A stretch of 63,037 nt of DNA, counting the filler. It is 6 parts of 6 records of this genome, joined end to end, with 100 filler letters (N's around TTAATTAATTAA, not from the genome) between each part and the next. Parts side by side here need not be neighbours in the genome. Positions count along the whole stretch, not along the records: positions 19,187 to 27,704 come from SRR31156797_3986; positions 27,805 to 34,012 come from SRR31156797_3993; 4 more parts are not named here. One strand, 5' to 3'. The notes below the pieces were generated by a model, which was not told the DNA's origin, ran no database searches, and saw only the letters and a program-made list of their open reading frames with translations. Both the position numbers and the translations under genes were made by a program. Below, piece by piece: positions 20,363-30,116 of the stretch (the stretch's first letter is position 1; every line of letters starts with the position of its first letter).

Positions 20363-21234
20363 AAAAAGCGGAATACAAACCCATGGAAAAATGGATATGG
20401 GAGCGATCAAAAACCATCTACGATAACGCCGGGCGCCAGGTCCGGATGTTTGAAGACGTTTCGGCCATTGAGGTGGCGGTCCGTTTCGGTTGTGGGGTTC
20501 GGGCCGTTTATGAAGCAGCTCTGAATGTTGGAATCTGTCCCCATCGGTATATAAGGAACCGGGAAACCATTTCCCTTGAGGAACAGCGCCGCCTGGTGAA
20601 ATCACGCGTAGCCGTGGTGGGTTCCGGTGGGCTTGGGGGGACGGTCCTCCTGTTGCTGGCGAGGATGGGCGTCGGTTATCTGGTGGTGGTGGACCATGAT
20701 CGTTTTGATGAAACCAATCTGAACCGACAGGCCCTGTCCAGTGGGCCGGATCTGGGCCGACCCAAGTGCGAAGTGGCGGCCCGGGTGCTTGAGGATGTTA
20801 ATCCCGGAGTTGAGGTCCAAGCGCATCAGGTTCGAATAGATGACAAAAAGGCCAAGGAGATCCTGGTTGGATCCAATGTGATTGTGGATGCCTTGGACAA
20901 TGTGCCGGATCGTTTCAGCATTCAGGCGGCGGCCCGCTCACTGAAAATTCCGCTGGTGCATGGGGCTGTGGCGGGCTTTGAAGGGCAGTTGATGACCATT
21001 TTCCCGGAAGATGCGGGTTTTTCTTTACTCTATGGTACAGGCGATATGAAACGAAACCGGGGGGAAAGTCCCGAGGCGATTTTAGGGGTTCCCGCGGTTA
21101 CACCATCGCTTGTGGCGACGCTTCAGACCATGGAGGTGATCAAGGTCCTTCTCAACCGGGGCAGACCTTTCAGAAATGTCATGGTTCATGTGGACATGGA
21201 AACGGGCGAAATGAACCGGTTTTCCTTTGAATGA
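20359..21234 (+). CDS. HesA/MoeB/ThiF-family (E1-like) adenylyltransferase
   Basis: RYIRN, VAVVGSGGLGG, DHDRFDETNLNRQ, DALDN. TTG start overlaps the upstream stop (alternative ATG at 20383). Confidence 0.92.
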   Translation: MKKAEYKPMEKWIWERSKTIYDNAGRQVRMFEDVSAIEVAVRFGCGVRAVYEAALNVGICPHRYIRNRETISLEEQRRLVKSRVAVVGSGGLGGTVLLLLARMGVGYLVVVDHDRFDETNLNRQALSSGPDLGRPKCEVAARVLEDVNPGVEVQAHQVRIDDKKAKEILVGSNVIVDALDNVPDRFSIQAAARSLKIPLVHGAVAGFEGQLMTIFPEDAGFSLLYGTGDMKRNRGESPEAILGVPAVTPSLVATLQTMEVIKVLLNRGRPFRNVMVHVDMETGEMNRFSFE

Positions 21235-21319
21235 AATAGACGGTCTTCCCGTCACCCGGATTTCAGTTCGGTGGCGGGAAGATTTAATATGGGGTTTTCC
21301 ATTTGATGATTTTCAAGTT

Positions 21320-21850
21320 CTATTGTTGTATGTTTCCAGGAGATCCAGCGCATGGGTTCCCCCAATTTCCGCGGCCTTGTCCCTTACCATAACCGCCCCC
21401 TTTTCTCTTGCCGTAGCCACGCCCTTTTTTATCCCGGCCCCTTCCGCCGAAACCGGAGGCCAGGAGTTTGTCGGTTTGTTCAGGGGTCAAGAGGTTCCTA
21501 AAAGCAATGCGCATATCCGTTTTGGCATCCCGAATCTGCGTTCTCAGCCCTTGAATCTCTTTCTGAACGGCTTTGATTTTTTCGGCATCAAGGGTTGTTT
21601 GTGCCCATAAAAGCCTCATTTCCGCCCGTTTTGTGGCCAATTGCGCTTTAACGGGTATGATCTTATTGTTTTTGGATTCACGGAGCGCCTGAATTTTTCC
21701 CGTTTGTTCAGTGGTCAGTTCCAGTTCCGAAATAACGGCCGGGTCCAGGTTCCCTTTTCCATCAAAAAATGCCCGCCTGGGACCTGCCATGGCCAATGTT
21801 GTAACGGCAACCATCAATAGAACTGCTGCGGCAATACTCATTTTTTTCAT
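21320..21850 (-). CDS. Spy/CpxP/ZraP-family periplasmic chaperone
   Basis: Signal peptide, two LTxxQ motifs (LTTEQ, LTPEQ), Gly-rich tail; divergent from a two-component system. Confidence 0.85.
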   Translation of the reverse strand: MKKMSIAAAVLLMVAVTTLAMAGPRRAFFDGKGNLDPAVISELELTTEQTGKIQALRESKNNKIIPVKAQLATKRAEMRLLWAQTTLDAEKIKAVQKEIQGLRTQIRDAKTDMRIAFRNLLTPEQTDKLLASGFGGRGRDKKGRGYGKRKGGGYGKGQGRGNWGNPCAGSPGNIQQ

Positions 21851-21930
21851 CTTTTTTTCTCCTTTTTTATGGTTGATATTTTGAAAGACCGTTTCATTAT
21901 ACCGGCTTTCTGCTTCCGAAATTGATAGTA

Positions 21931-21946
21931 AGCAAAAATCATGCCA
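21931..21946 (-). promoter_or_regulatory. Sigma-54 (-24/-12) promoter of the zraP-like gene
   Basis: Minus strand reads TGGCATGATTTTTGCT, matching TGGCAC-N5-TTGC. Confidence 0.85.
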
Positions 21947-22033
21947 AAACTAGGATACTTCAATGATATCATATGCTTTTAGCTCAATTCTCTCAAAAGC
22001 ATCCTTTGGATGAGAAGATTTCCGGGGACTAAA

Positions 22034-22082
22034 CGGCAACAATTGTCGAAGATGTGATGGGTAATTCGACAAAACCGTCGAA
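22034..22082. promoter_or_regulatory. Putative enhancer (UAS) sites for the NtrC-family regulator
   Basis: Two related palindromes, CGGCAACAATTGTCG and TTCGACAAAACCGTCGAA, about 90-135 bp upstream of the sigma-54 promoter. Confidence 0.6.
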
Positions 22083-22150
22083 AAAGGGGCGTTTTTTGAA
22101 ACGGATGTGATGATTGACATTTTTCCACCTTCACGGATATTCTCTTATCC

Positions 22151-23902
22151 ATGAAAAAAGAAAGAGATGCATCAATGGAAAAACACCGGCATTCAGGGGG
22201 TCGATTCCTTCAGCCCCTGGCTTTGGCGGGTGTTTGTTTTGTTTTTGTAACACTTTTATTGACCTTGGCCGTCATGGATTTTAGAACGCTCGATAAAACC
22301 CTTGCGTCGTATATGGAAAAACAGGGGGTTGATTTCATCAGAACCGTTCAACAGACCTCCGTATTCAACCTCCAAAGGATGAACGGTTCAGAGGAATGGG
22401 ATTTTCGTGAAAACGCTTCAACCGGTCTAGATGATCAGGCGCTTTCCATGCAGGAGTCCATGGTTATGGCGCTTTTAAAATTGGCGATGGAAATTGACTA
22501 TGAAAGAGGGGAAGGGCGATTAAGCGATAAGAAGCTGGTATCTTTCGCTTCCGGACTGGGTTTAAGGAATTTCGCTTTATTCGATCATCGAGGTGGCGTC
22601 ACCTTTCAGAAAAGATCTCTTTCCAAAACCGTTCAAAAAGCGATTTCAACCATGGTAAGCGATCATGAGAATCTGAAGGTCCGGATATTTGAGCCGTCAA
22701 ACGATTATGGTTCCTCCCGGTTTCTTATACTTCGTCGCAAAAAGAACATGGGGTTTGTTGCTCTGGTTCTTGACCCTGAGTCCTTTCTTTTCTGGAAATT
22801 GCGAACAGCGGTGGAATCGGCGGTGGACGCTGTGGGTACGCCTTCAAATATGGATTGTTTTTTGATTCGGGATGCGGCGGGGCGTACCCTTTTTCAGGCG
22901 GGGACATGTTCGGAGTCGTCAAACGGGAAGACTTCCGTTTCAGGTACATTTGATGGAGGGGTTATCTGGGATGGCCGAAAAAAGATGTTGTTGATGGAAA
23001 GATTCCCATTGAATGGGGGAGAGGTGGGTAGTGTGCGCCTTACCCTTAACACGGAAACTCTGGACCGAATGATGGGAAAAGAAAAACGTTGGGCTATGAT
23101 CGCCGTTGTATTCATGGTGTTTATGGTCGTTCTTTCCATGTGGTTCCTTTTCAGAAACCAGAATCGTCATTTAGCGCGGATCCGTCAGATGGAGGTTAGG
23201 CTTCACCGGGCCGAACGATTGTCGGCCATGGGTCGTTTGGCTTCAGGCGTCGCCCATGAGATCCGCAATCCGCTCAATGCCGTCAGCATGGCTTGCCAGC
23301 GTCTCAGACCGGATAACCTGCAAGCGCTCTCCGTTGTGATCCGTAGTGAGATCAACCGATTAAATCAAATTATTGAAGAGTTTTTGGGGCTTTCAAGGGG
23401 AGGGTTGAAACTGGAAAGGGGCGATCTGGCGGATCTTGTCCGCCAGGTGGGATTGCTCATGGAGGAGGAGGCGCGGGCCAGAGGGGTGGAGATCAGGACG
23501 GAGGGCACCGAATCTTCTCTTATGGCGTTCATGGATGCAAACGGAATTAAACAGGTCCTGATAAACATTGTAAAGAATGCCATGGAATCCATTACCGAGT
23601 TCGGGACCATAACAATCGGGCTTGCTTTGAAAGGAAAAGAGACGGCGGTCGTATCCGTTACCGACACCGGTACAGGCCTTGCCGAAAATGACGGGGAGAA
23701 GATTTTCAATCCGGATTTTACCACCAAGGAACAGGGGCTCGGCCTGGGGCTCTCTCTGGCACACGAAATTATTCAGGCCCACGGCGGAGAAATCGGCGTT
23801 CGAAGTATTTCGGGTAAGGGAACTACCTTTGATATCCTGCTCCCAGTAAAGGGCGTCACCCGTTCTGAACCTAAAGGGAGGGCTTTTGGTAAGCGTTTTT
23901 AA
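22151..23902 (+). CDS. ZraS-like sensor histidine kinase
   Basis: Two TM segments; ERLSAMGRLASGVAHEIRNPL H-box; FTTK..GLGLGL G2 box. Confidence 0.9.
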   Translation: MKKERDASMEKHRHSGGRFLQPLALAGVCFVFVTLLLTLAVMDFRTLDKTLASYMEKQGVDFIRTVQQTSVFNLQRMNGSEEWDFRENASTGLDDQALSMQESMVMALLKLAMEIDYERGEGRLSDKKLVSFASGLGLRNFALFDHRGGVTFQKRSLSKTVQKAISTMVSDHENLKVRIFEPSNDYGSSRFLILRRKKNMGFVALVLDPESFLFWKLRTAVESAVDAVGTPSNMDCFLIRDAAGRTLFQAGTCSESSNGKTSVSGTFDGGVIWDGRKKMLLMERFPLNGGEVGSVRLTLNTETLDRMMGKEKRWAMIAVVFMVFMVVLSMWFLFRNQNRHLARIRQMEVRLHRAERLSAMGRLASGVAHEIRNPLNAVSMACQRLRPDNLQALSVVIRSEINRLNQIIEEFLGLSRGGLKLERGDLADLVRQVGLLMEEEARARGVEIRTEGTESSLMAFMDANGIKQVLINIVKNAMESITEFGTITIGLALKGKETAVVSVTDTGTGLAENDGEKIFNPDFTTKEQGLGLGLSLAHEIIQAHGGEIGVRSISGKGTTFDILLPVKGVTRSEPKGRAFGKRF

Positions 23903-25267
23903 ATGAGGGAAAGACTGAATATTCTTGTGGTTGAAGATGGGCGGAGCCAGCGGGAAATGCTGAGGGATTTTCTAAAGGATGAAGGGTATCCGGTTTCCGA
24001 AGCTGAAAATGGGGAAAGTGCAATTGAAAAGCTGCAAAAAGAGCGTTTCGATGTGGTGTTGACCGACTATAAAATGCCCGGCATGGACGGTATGGCCCTG
24101 CTTCAGGCGGCAAAACGGGTCAATCCGGAGGTGGATGTCATTGTGATGACCGCCTTCGGCACCGTTGAAACGGCAGTCAATGCCATGAAAGCCGGCGCGT
24201 CCGATTATATCGGTAAACCCATCGACTTGCTTGAATTAAAATTGCTCATTGATCGCATTTCCGGACAAAGAACCATTGTGCATGAAAACAAGCTGCTTCG
24301 GAAGGAGTTGCGGGGAAAGGGGGTGACGCCCGACCAGATCATTTTTCGAAGTACGGCCATGGAAGAGGTTATCAATATGGCGGGCCGTGTGGCGCAAAGC
24401 CGGGCTACGGTTATGATACGGGGGGAAAGCGGCACCGGAAAGGAGCTGATCGCCCGGTTGATCCACGATTTGAGCTCACGCGCTGAAAAACCCATGACCA
24501 TCGTCAACTGTGCGGCCCTGCCGGAAGCGCTTTTGGAGAGTGAATTGTTCGGTCATGAGAAAGGATCTTTCACGGGGGCCTCCGGAACCCGTGTCGGTCG
24601 ATTTGAAGAAGCGGACGGGGGAACACTGTTTCTGGATGAAATCGGTGAGTTGACCAACACGGTTCAGGTCAAGCTGTTGCGGTTCCTTCAGGAAAGGGAG
24701 TTTCAGCGCATTGGCGGGAACCGTACGTTTCATTCCGATGTTCGCGTCATCAGCGCCACCAACAGGGAACTGGAAGAGCGTATAAAAGAAGGCGCGTTCA
24801 GGGAGGATCTCTTTTACCGGTTGAATGTGGTGGGCATTACCATACCCCCCCTGAGGGATCGAAAGGAAGATCTGTCGCCCCTCATTGACCATTTTCTGAA
24901 TCGCTTTTCGTCTGAGAACAATCGAAACATAAAAGGCGTCTCATCCATGGCCCGGGACCTGCTCATGAAGTACGACTATCCGGGGAATGTGAGGGAGCTG
25001 GAAAACATTCTGGAGCGGGCCGTGGTGATTGCCAGGGGGGCGTATATCGAAAGCGCGGATCTCCCGTTTAAAGAGGGAGATCCGCATGAGGTAACAAAAC
25101 AGGACTGGAACCGGGGATCCCTGAAGGAAGCCATTGCGTTCTTGGAGCGGGAGATGGTGCAAAACGCCATGGCGGAAACGGGGAATCACCAGACCCGAGC
25201 CGCCCGAAAGCTAGGCATCAGCGAACGGATGCTGCGGTATAAGCTGAAGAAATACAATTTAAAATAA
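23903..25267 (+). CDS. Sigma-54-dependent response regulator (ZraR/AtoC/NtrC family)
   Basis: REC domain, GESGTGKE Walker A, ESELFGHEKGSFTGA, FLDEIG, YPGNVREL, Fis-type HTH. Confidence 0.96.
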   Translation: MRERLNILVVEDGRSQREMLRDFLKDEGYPVSEAENGESAIEKLQKERFDVVLTDYKMPGMDGMALLQAAKRVNPEVDVIVMTAFGTVETAVNAMKAGASDYIGKPIDLLELKLLIDRISGQRTIVHENKLLRKELRGKGVTPDQIIFRSTAMEEVINMAGRVAQSRATVMIRGESGTGKELIARLIHDLSSRAEKPMTIVNCAALPEALLESELFGHEKGSFTGASGTRVGRFEEADGGTLFLDEIGELTNTVQVKLLRFLQEREFQRIGGNRTFHSDVRVISATNRELEERIKEGAFREDLFYRLNVVGITIPPLRDRKEDLSPLIDHFLNRFSSENNRNIKGVSSMARDLLMKYDYPGNVRELENILERAVVIARGAYIESADLPFKEGDPHEVTKQDWNRGSLKEAIAFLEREMVQNAMAETGNHQTRAARKLGISERMLRYKLKKYNLK

Positions 25268-26113
25268 TTCTAGGTCCTCACCCCACACGATTTTCGGCGG
25301 TTTCCGTTCCGGTAATCGGTAGTACCTGGGTTTGGCGTACCCCAGCATCATGGGGTAATGGTGGGGGTGTTTTTCCGGTAGCCCCATCGCTTCTTTGATT
25401 TCCGGCCGAGAAAGAAGGGCTCCCTGGAGCAGCCCCGCCCAGCAGGTGCCGAGACCCATTGTGGGCGCCGCCAGTTCAAGGTAGGAGAGGGCCAGGGTCA
25501 GATCGACCATGCCGTTCAAGGCTTCCTTCGGGGCGTGGGCCGTCACCAGGACGGGGGCGTCTCGGAGGACCCGGTCCATGCCCTTATCCCAAGCGGTCAC
25601 GATGGCGGGGAAATAGGGGGCCCGGGCCGCTTCCGGACCTTTTTCCAGAATATAACGCATCCATTCAACGGTGAGTCCCGCAAGGTTACGGATTTTATCC
25701 GGATCGCTGATGATCAGCCAGTTCACCATCTGCCGATTCCCCGCGGTGGGGGCGTAACGGGCGATTTCGATGAGTTTCCGGATTTCTTCCTTTTCCACCG
25801 GTTTACTATTATAAAGCCGGACGGAACGGCGTGATCTCAAAAATTGTACGGCCTGCTCCCGGTTGATGACAAGATCCTTTGAAATGGACGGACACCGCTC
25901 CATGGGAATGCTTTTGTGCTGGAGCGCCCCGTGAGGGCAAACGGCGATGCAGTGTCCGCATCTCAGGCAGACCTCTTCCGTGCCGGGCATCAGGCGGGGA
26001 TAACCTTCTTCATGGTCCATTTGTATGATGGCCATGGGGCATTCAGCGGCGCAAATGCCGTCTTTTTTGCATGTGTCGAGGTTGATGTTCAGCAGTTCCT
26101 TGTTATTTCCCAC
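25259..26113 (-). CDS. Nitroreductase with an N-terminal 4Fe-4S ferredoxin domain
   Basis: CKKDGICAAECP and CLRCGHCIAVCP; RRSVR, APTAGNRQ, GLGTCWAG. Confidence 0.93.
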   Translation of the reverse strand: MGNNKELLNINLDTCKKDGICAAECPMAIIQMDHEEGYPRLMPGTEEVCLRCGHCIAVCPHGALQHKSIPMERCPSISKDLVINREQAVQFLRSRRSVRLYNSKPVEKEEIRKLIEIARYAPTAGNRQMVNWLIISDPDKIRNLAGLTVEWMRYILEKGPEAARAPYFPAIVTAWDKGMDRVLRDAPVLVTAHAPKEALNGMVDLTLALSYLELAAPTMGLGTCWAGLLQGALLSRPEIKEAMGLPEKHPHHYPMMLGYAKPRYYRLPERKPPKIVWGEDLELF

Positions 26114-26117
26114 AACC

Positions 26118-26669
26118 TTAAACCCCCTTAGCCTTCTTTGATTTTCGGCGGCGAAAGAGAAAAGCGCCGATCATGATAAGTGCCAGAGGAATCAGCAGTG
26201 CCCAGATATATTCTTCAAGGAGGGCTATGGCCACCACGGCGATGCCTAAGAAAACGCCCACAACGGAGATCCGCCAGCCGGCTGTAATTCCGGCGGCGAA
26301 GGTTGCAAAAGCGAGGATCAGAAGGGCCACGAGACCCACGTCCACATTATTGAGCCGTCCCGTTCCCGGAGCGCTGAGGAGGAATACCAGGTATATGGTG
26401 ACCAGATATCCGAACCAGTGAAAGATCTGGGTCCATACCAGTCTGCTCTTGCTTTCTCCCTGACGGTTCATTCGGGGCCATTCAATGGTGATGGCCGCTC
26501 CACAGAAAAAAGGACCCATGACCATCCAGTACCAGAATCCCTTGGTGGGGCTGAAATCGGTGAGCGCGATGCCCACCACCGACAGTAAAAGCAATAGAAT
26601 TAGAATAAATTCAGAAGTATGGCGTTTTTTCGGAACACTGTTGGATCCGTTATGGTTCTTTCCGGACAT
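26118..26669 (-). CDS. Hypothetical multi-pass membrane protein
   Basis: About six hydrophobic segments and a basic C-terminus; RBS AGGAG upstream. Confidence 0.75.
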   Translation of the reverse strand: MSGKNHNGSNSVPKKRHTSEFILILLLLLSVVGIALTDFSPTKGFWYWMVMGPFFCGAAITIEWPRMNRQGESKSRLVWTQIFHWFGYLVTIYLVFLLSAPGTGRLNNVDVGLVALLILAFATFAAGITAGWRISVVGVFLGIAVVAIALLEEYIWALLIPLALIMIGAFLFRRRKSKKAKGV

Positions 26670-26979
26670 GGGTATCTCCTTCCTCAGAGTGCCTGATGTG
26701 GTAAATTTAAAGTTTTTTTGAACAATAGATTTACAAACGGGAACGATATATCATTGTAAGCGTTGATATTTGACGGTTCAAGATCTGCTGTTTTATGAAT
26801 CGTCAACCGATAACCGTAGACCGTGACCGGTTATCTTTTAACAGAGTTTTGTGGAAATCACAATGGTTGTGCCGCAAAATCAGCAATTCTCATTATGGTC
26901 CCGGTCTCGTTTCCGGATTAACAAACCCTTGACCATTTACATCATGCCATCTTAGAATGCGCCATGTTTTTTACGGGGA

Positions 26980-27480
26980 TTGAGAATGGCAAATGATGTA
27001 AATACCCATTTGGCGGATCGGAATCGAAGGGTCGCTCATGTCAGATTATTGAATATCCTGGCTGCTTTCGTTTGGTGCCTGGGCGGGGTTATCCTGCTGG
27101 TCAAAGGTGGAAATCTCCTGGCCGGATCCGCCTTCCTTTTTCCGGGTCCCGTGTGGCCCTGGGTAGTCGCCATGGCAGGGCTTATGCTGGGTGCAATCAA
27201 GGGCAAGTTTCTTTTTTCCAGGAGTTGTAAAAAGAATTTGACACGCATTTCGAGTTTGAGGAAGCCAAGAATCTGGCAATTTTTCAGCCCCGGTTTTTTT
27301 GTTCTCCTCCTCCTCATGATAGCTGTCGGTGTGGTTTTATCCCGTTTGGCTCACACCTCCCTTTCCGTTCTGGTCGGGGTGGCGGTTCTGGATCTCGCCG
27401 TTGGCGCTGCCCTGCTGGCAAGTAGCCGTGTGTTCTGGCAACAGAAAGCATTTATGAAATCAGGGCCCTCCATATCTTGA
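26980..27480 (+). CDS. Hypothetical four-TM membrane protein
   Basis: Four hydrophobic segments and a KNLTRI...WQFFS motif; exact start uncertain. Confidence 0.7.
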   Translation: MRMANDVNTHLADRNRRVAHVRLLNILAAFVWCLGGVILLVKGGNLLAGSAFLFPGPVWPWVVAMAGLMLGAIKGKFLFSRSCKKNLTRISSLRKPRIWQFFSPGFFVLLLLMIAVGVVLSRLAHTSLSVLVGVAVLDLAVGAALLASSRVFWQQKAFMKSGPSIS

Positions 27481-27704
27481 AAACATTTTGCAGCGGATTT
27501 CGTCCCTTGACCTGATTTGCCTTGAAATGATAGGCATCTGACGGTACAAGGGTACTGGAAGGTCGATTACGGCCGCATGTGCGGCATCTTTACCGGAGAT
27601 GATTTTGCCGACCTTGGAATTGGGTGGGGTAGATGGACCGATTTTTGATGCGGCAGCATCAACATGAACGTTTGAAAAGTTGATCAAAGGACGAAGGGTC
27701 CTTG

Positions 27705-27804
27705 NNNNNNNNNNNNNNNNNNNNNNNNNNNNNNNNNNNNNNNNNNNNTTAATTAATTAANNNNNNNNNNNNNNNNNNNNNNNNNNNNNNNNNNNNNNNN
27801 NNNN
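27705..27804. other. Artificial contig linker
   Basis: N44-TTAATTAATTAA-N44. Confidence 0.99.
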
Positions 27805-28238
27805 CCGATGGCGACGCGCTGGCGCTGTCCGCCCGATAGCTGCGACGGCTTTCGGTTCAACAGATGTTCGATCTGCAGCATCTGCGATACGTGTTCGACG
27901 GCCTTTTCCTGTTCCCACTTGTCGGCACCGCGGACCTTCATCCCGAACGTGATGTTCCGGCGCACATTCATGTTGGGGTAAAGCGCGTAGGACTGAAAAA
28001 CCATGGCGATATCACGGTCCTTGGGCGCAACCTTCGTGACATCCCGGCCATCGATGAAGATGCACCCGGACGAAGTGTCATCGAGGCCCGCGATCATGTT
28101 GAGCAGCGTCGATTTCCCGCAGCCCGACGGGCCGAGCAGAACAAGGAATTCACCCCGTTCGATACCCAGGCTTATTTCCTTCAGGACTTCGACGCCGCCG
28201 AACGATTTCCCGACGTCCTGCAATTCCATGATCGACAT
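27805..28238 (-). CDS. Sugar ABC transporter ATPase (MalK-like), 3'-truncated
   Basis: GPSGCGKS Walker A, MVFQSYALYP Q-loop, LSGGQRQRVA signature. Confidence 0.95.
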
Positions 28239-28242
28239 GGGT

Positions 28243-29136
28243 TTATCCCTTTACTGAACCTGCGGTCAGTCCGCGAATGAAATAGCGGCCGCCAACGACA
28301 TAGACGATCAGCGTCGGTACGGCCGCGATCAAGGCGGCGGCCATCTCGACGTTGTATTCCTTCACTCCGGTCGCGGAGTTCACCAGATTGTTCAAAGCTA
28401 CCGTAATCGGCTGCGAACTGACCTGCGCGAAGACCACCCCGAACAGGAAGTCGTTCCAGATCGCCGTGAATTGCCAGATCACCGTAACCACGATGACCGG
28501 CCCGGAAATCGGCAGGAAAATCAGGAAAAAAATTTGAAAGAAGCCGGCGCCGTCTATGCGGGCCGCCTTCACCAGTTCCGTCGGAATGGTGACGTAGTAG
28601 TTTCGGAAATAGAGCGTCGTGAACCCGATGCCATAGATGATGTGAACAAGGATCAAACCGGTCAGGCTTCCCGACAGGCCCATCAGACCGAGCACCCGGG
28701 CCATCGGCAGGATCACGATCTGAAAAGGTATGAAACACCCGAACAGCAGGAACGCGAATATCATTTCGGCGCCCCTGAACCGCCACTTGGTCAGCGTGTA
28801 CCCGTTCAACGCGCCGATGGACGTGGAAATGACGACGGCCGGCATGACCATGATCACCGAATTCCAGAAAAACGGTTGAACGCCCATGCATTGAATGCCG
28901 GAACAGGCATGGTTCCAGGCTTTGTCCCAGGCGTCGACGCTGATACCGCCCGGCAAAGCCAGTAGCCCGCCCATCCTCAATTCATCGAGCGTCTTGATCG
29001 ACGTCACGACCATGACATACAGCGGCATTGCGAAATACAAAACGAATGCGCCGAGAACGGCATAGAGAGCGAACCGGGGCAGGTGGTTTCGCAGGCCGCC
29101 CCCGGATCCCAACACCGTCATCATCCTATTGCTCAT
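28243..29136 (-). CDS. Carbohydrate ABC transporter permease (MalG-like)
   Basis: EAA-type loop ELVKAARIDGA; WNDFLF motif. Confidence 0.95.
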   Translation of the reverse strand: MSNRMMTVLGSGGGLRNHLPRFALYAVLGAFVLYFAMPLYVMVVTSIKTLDELRMGGLLALPGGISVDAWDKAWNHACSGIQCMGVQPFFWNSVIMVMPAVVISTSIGALNGYTLTKWRFRGAEMIFAFLLFGCFIPFQIVILPMARVLGLMGLSGSLTGLILVHIIYGIGFTTLYFRNYYVTIPTELVKAARIDGAGFFQIFFLIFLPISGPVIVVTVIWQFTAIWNDFLFGVVFAQVSSQPITVALNNLVNSATGVKEYNVEMAAALIAAVPTLIVYVVGGRYFIRGLTAGSVKG

Positions 29137-30055
29137 TGTCCGCCCTCAACTCGGAATAAAGGTAAGGCACGATCACCGCCAGAACGGTCATCAACATGAT
29201 GGTCGCGCTCGCCGCCGCCAGCCCCAGTTCGCCCCGTCCGAAAGCCATTGCGTACATGAACGTCGCCGGCATGTCGGTTGCGTAACCCGGCCCTCCCGCC
29301 GTCAGTGCGACGACCAGATCGAAGCTTTTGATGGCGATGTGAACCAGGACGATAACCGAACTGAAAAACGTCGCCCGCAGGCCCGGAATGACGATCTGAA
29401 AATAGATTCGCCATGTCCCGGCCCCTTCGACCATGGCGGCACGAATAATTTCCGGATTGATCGATCGCAGCCCGGCAAGAAAAAGCGCCATGACAAAACC
29501 GGCAGACTGCCAGACCGCCGCCAGGACGACCGTGTAGATCGCCATCTTTTCGTCCACCAGCCAATCGAAACGAAAGGTGTCGAAACCCCAATCCCTGAGG
29601 ACCCGTTCCAACCCCAAACCGGGATTAAGCAGCCATTTCCATGCCGTGCCCGTGACGATAAAGGACAAGGCCATCGGGTACAGATAGACCGACCGGATAA
29701 CCCCCTCCGCCCGAATCTTCTGATCCAGCAGAATTGCCAACAACAAACCAAGCGCGATCGCAATACCGACAAAAAGGACCATGAACACGATCAGGTTCGA
29801 CAACGCGACGTGCCATCGGTCCAATGCAAACAAACGCCCGTATTGAAGAAGCCCGACAAAATCATAGGAAGGCAGGATCTTGGATTTTGTCAGGGACAAT
29901 ACGACTGTCCATCCGATGAACCCGTAGACAAACACCAGAACCGCCGCAAAAGACGGAGAAATGATAATTTTCGGAAGATGCTTCTGCAGCCAATCGGACA
30001 TGGAAGTGTACTTTTCCGGAAAAATAACGGGTTCGTCCCCCGGGGTAACGGACAA
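29126..30055 (-). CDS. Carbohydrate ABC transporter permease (MalF-like)
   Basis: FLAGLRSI..EIIRAAMVEGA loop. Start is either TTG 30055 or ATG 30001. Confidence 0.93.
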   Translation of the reverse strand: MSVTPGDEPVIFPEKYTSMSDWLQKHLPKIIISPSFAAVLVFVYGFIGWTVVLSLTKSKILPSYDFVGLLQYGRLFALDRWHVALSNLIVFMVLFVGIAIALGLLLAILLDQKIRAEGVIRSVYLYPMALSFIVTGTAWKWLLNPGLGLERVLRDWGFDTFRFDWLVDEKMAIYTVVLAAVWQSAGFVMALFLAGLRSINPEIIRAAMVEGAGTWRIYFQIVIPGLRATFFSSVIVLVHIAIKSFDLVVALTAGGPGYATDMPATFMYAMAFGRGELGLAAASATIMLMTVLAVIVPYLYSELRADNEQ

Positions 30056-30116
30056 CGAACCCGTATGGAAGGATCTCGGTTATGTGCCCGGCGCCGCGCG
30101 GGTTGAACAAACGGCG

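Noticed and set aside
26797-26831. Weak heptamer-like run (CAACCGA TAACCGT AGACCGT GACCGGT)
   Set aside because: Few, degenerate copies and no associated cassette.
27693-27704. 12-bp GAAGGGTCCTTG shared between the contig end and 20350-20361 (possible att or target duplication)
   Set aside because: The match is short and cut by the contig end, with no integrase or transposase nearby. It cannot be distinguished from chance.
27460-27704. Minus-strand ORF at the end of contig 2
   Set aside because: No recognisable homology, it overlaps the convergent gene, and it is truncated. It cannot be supported.
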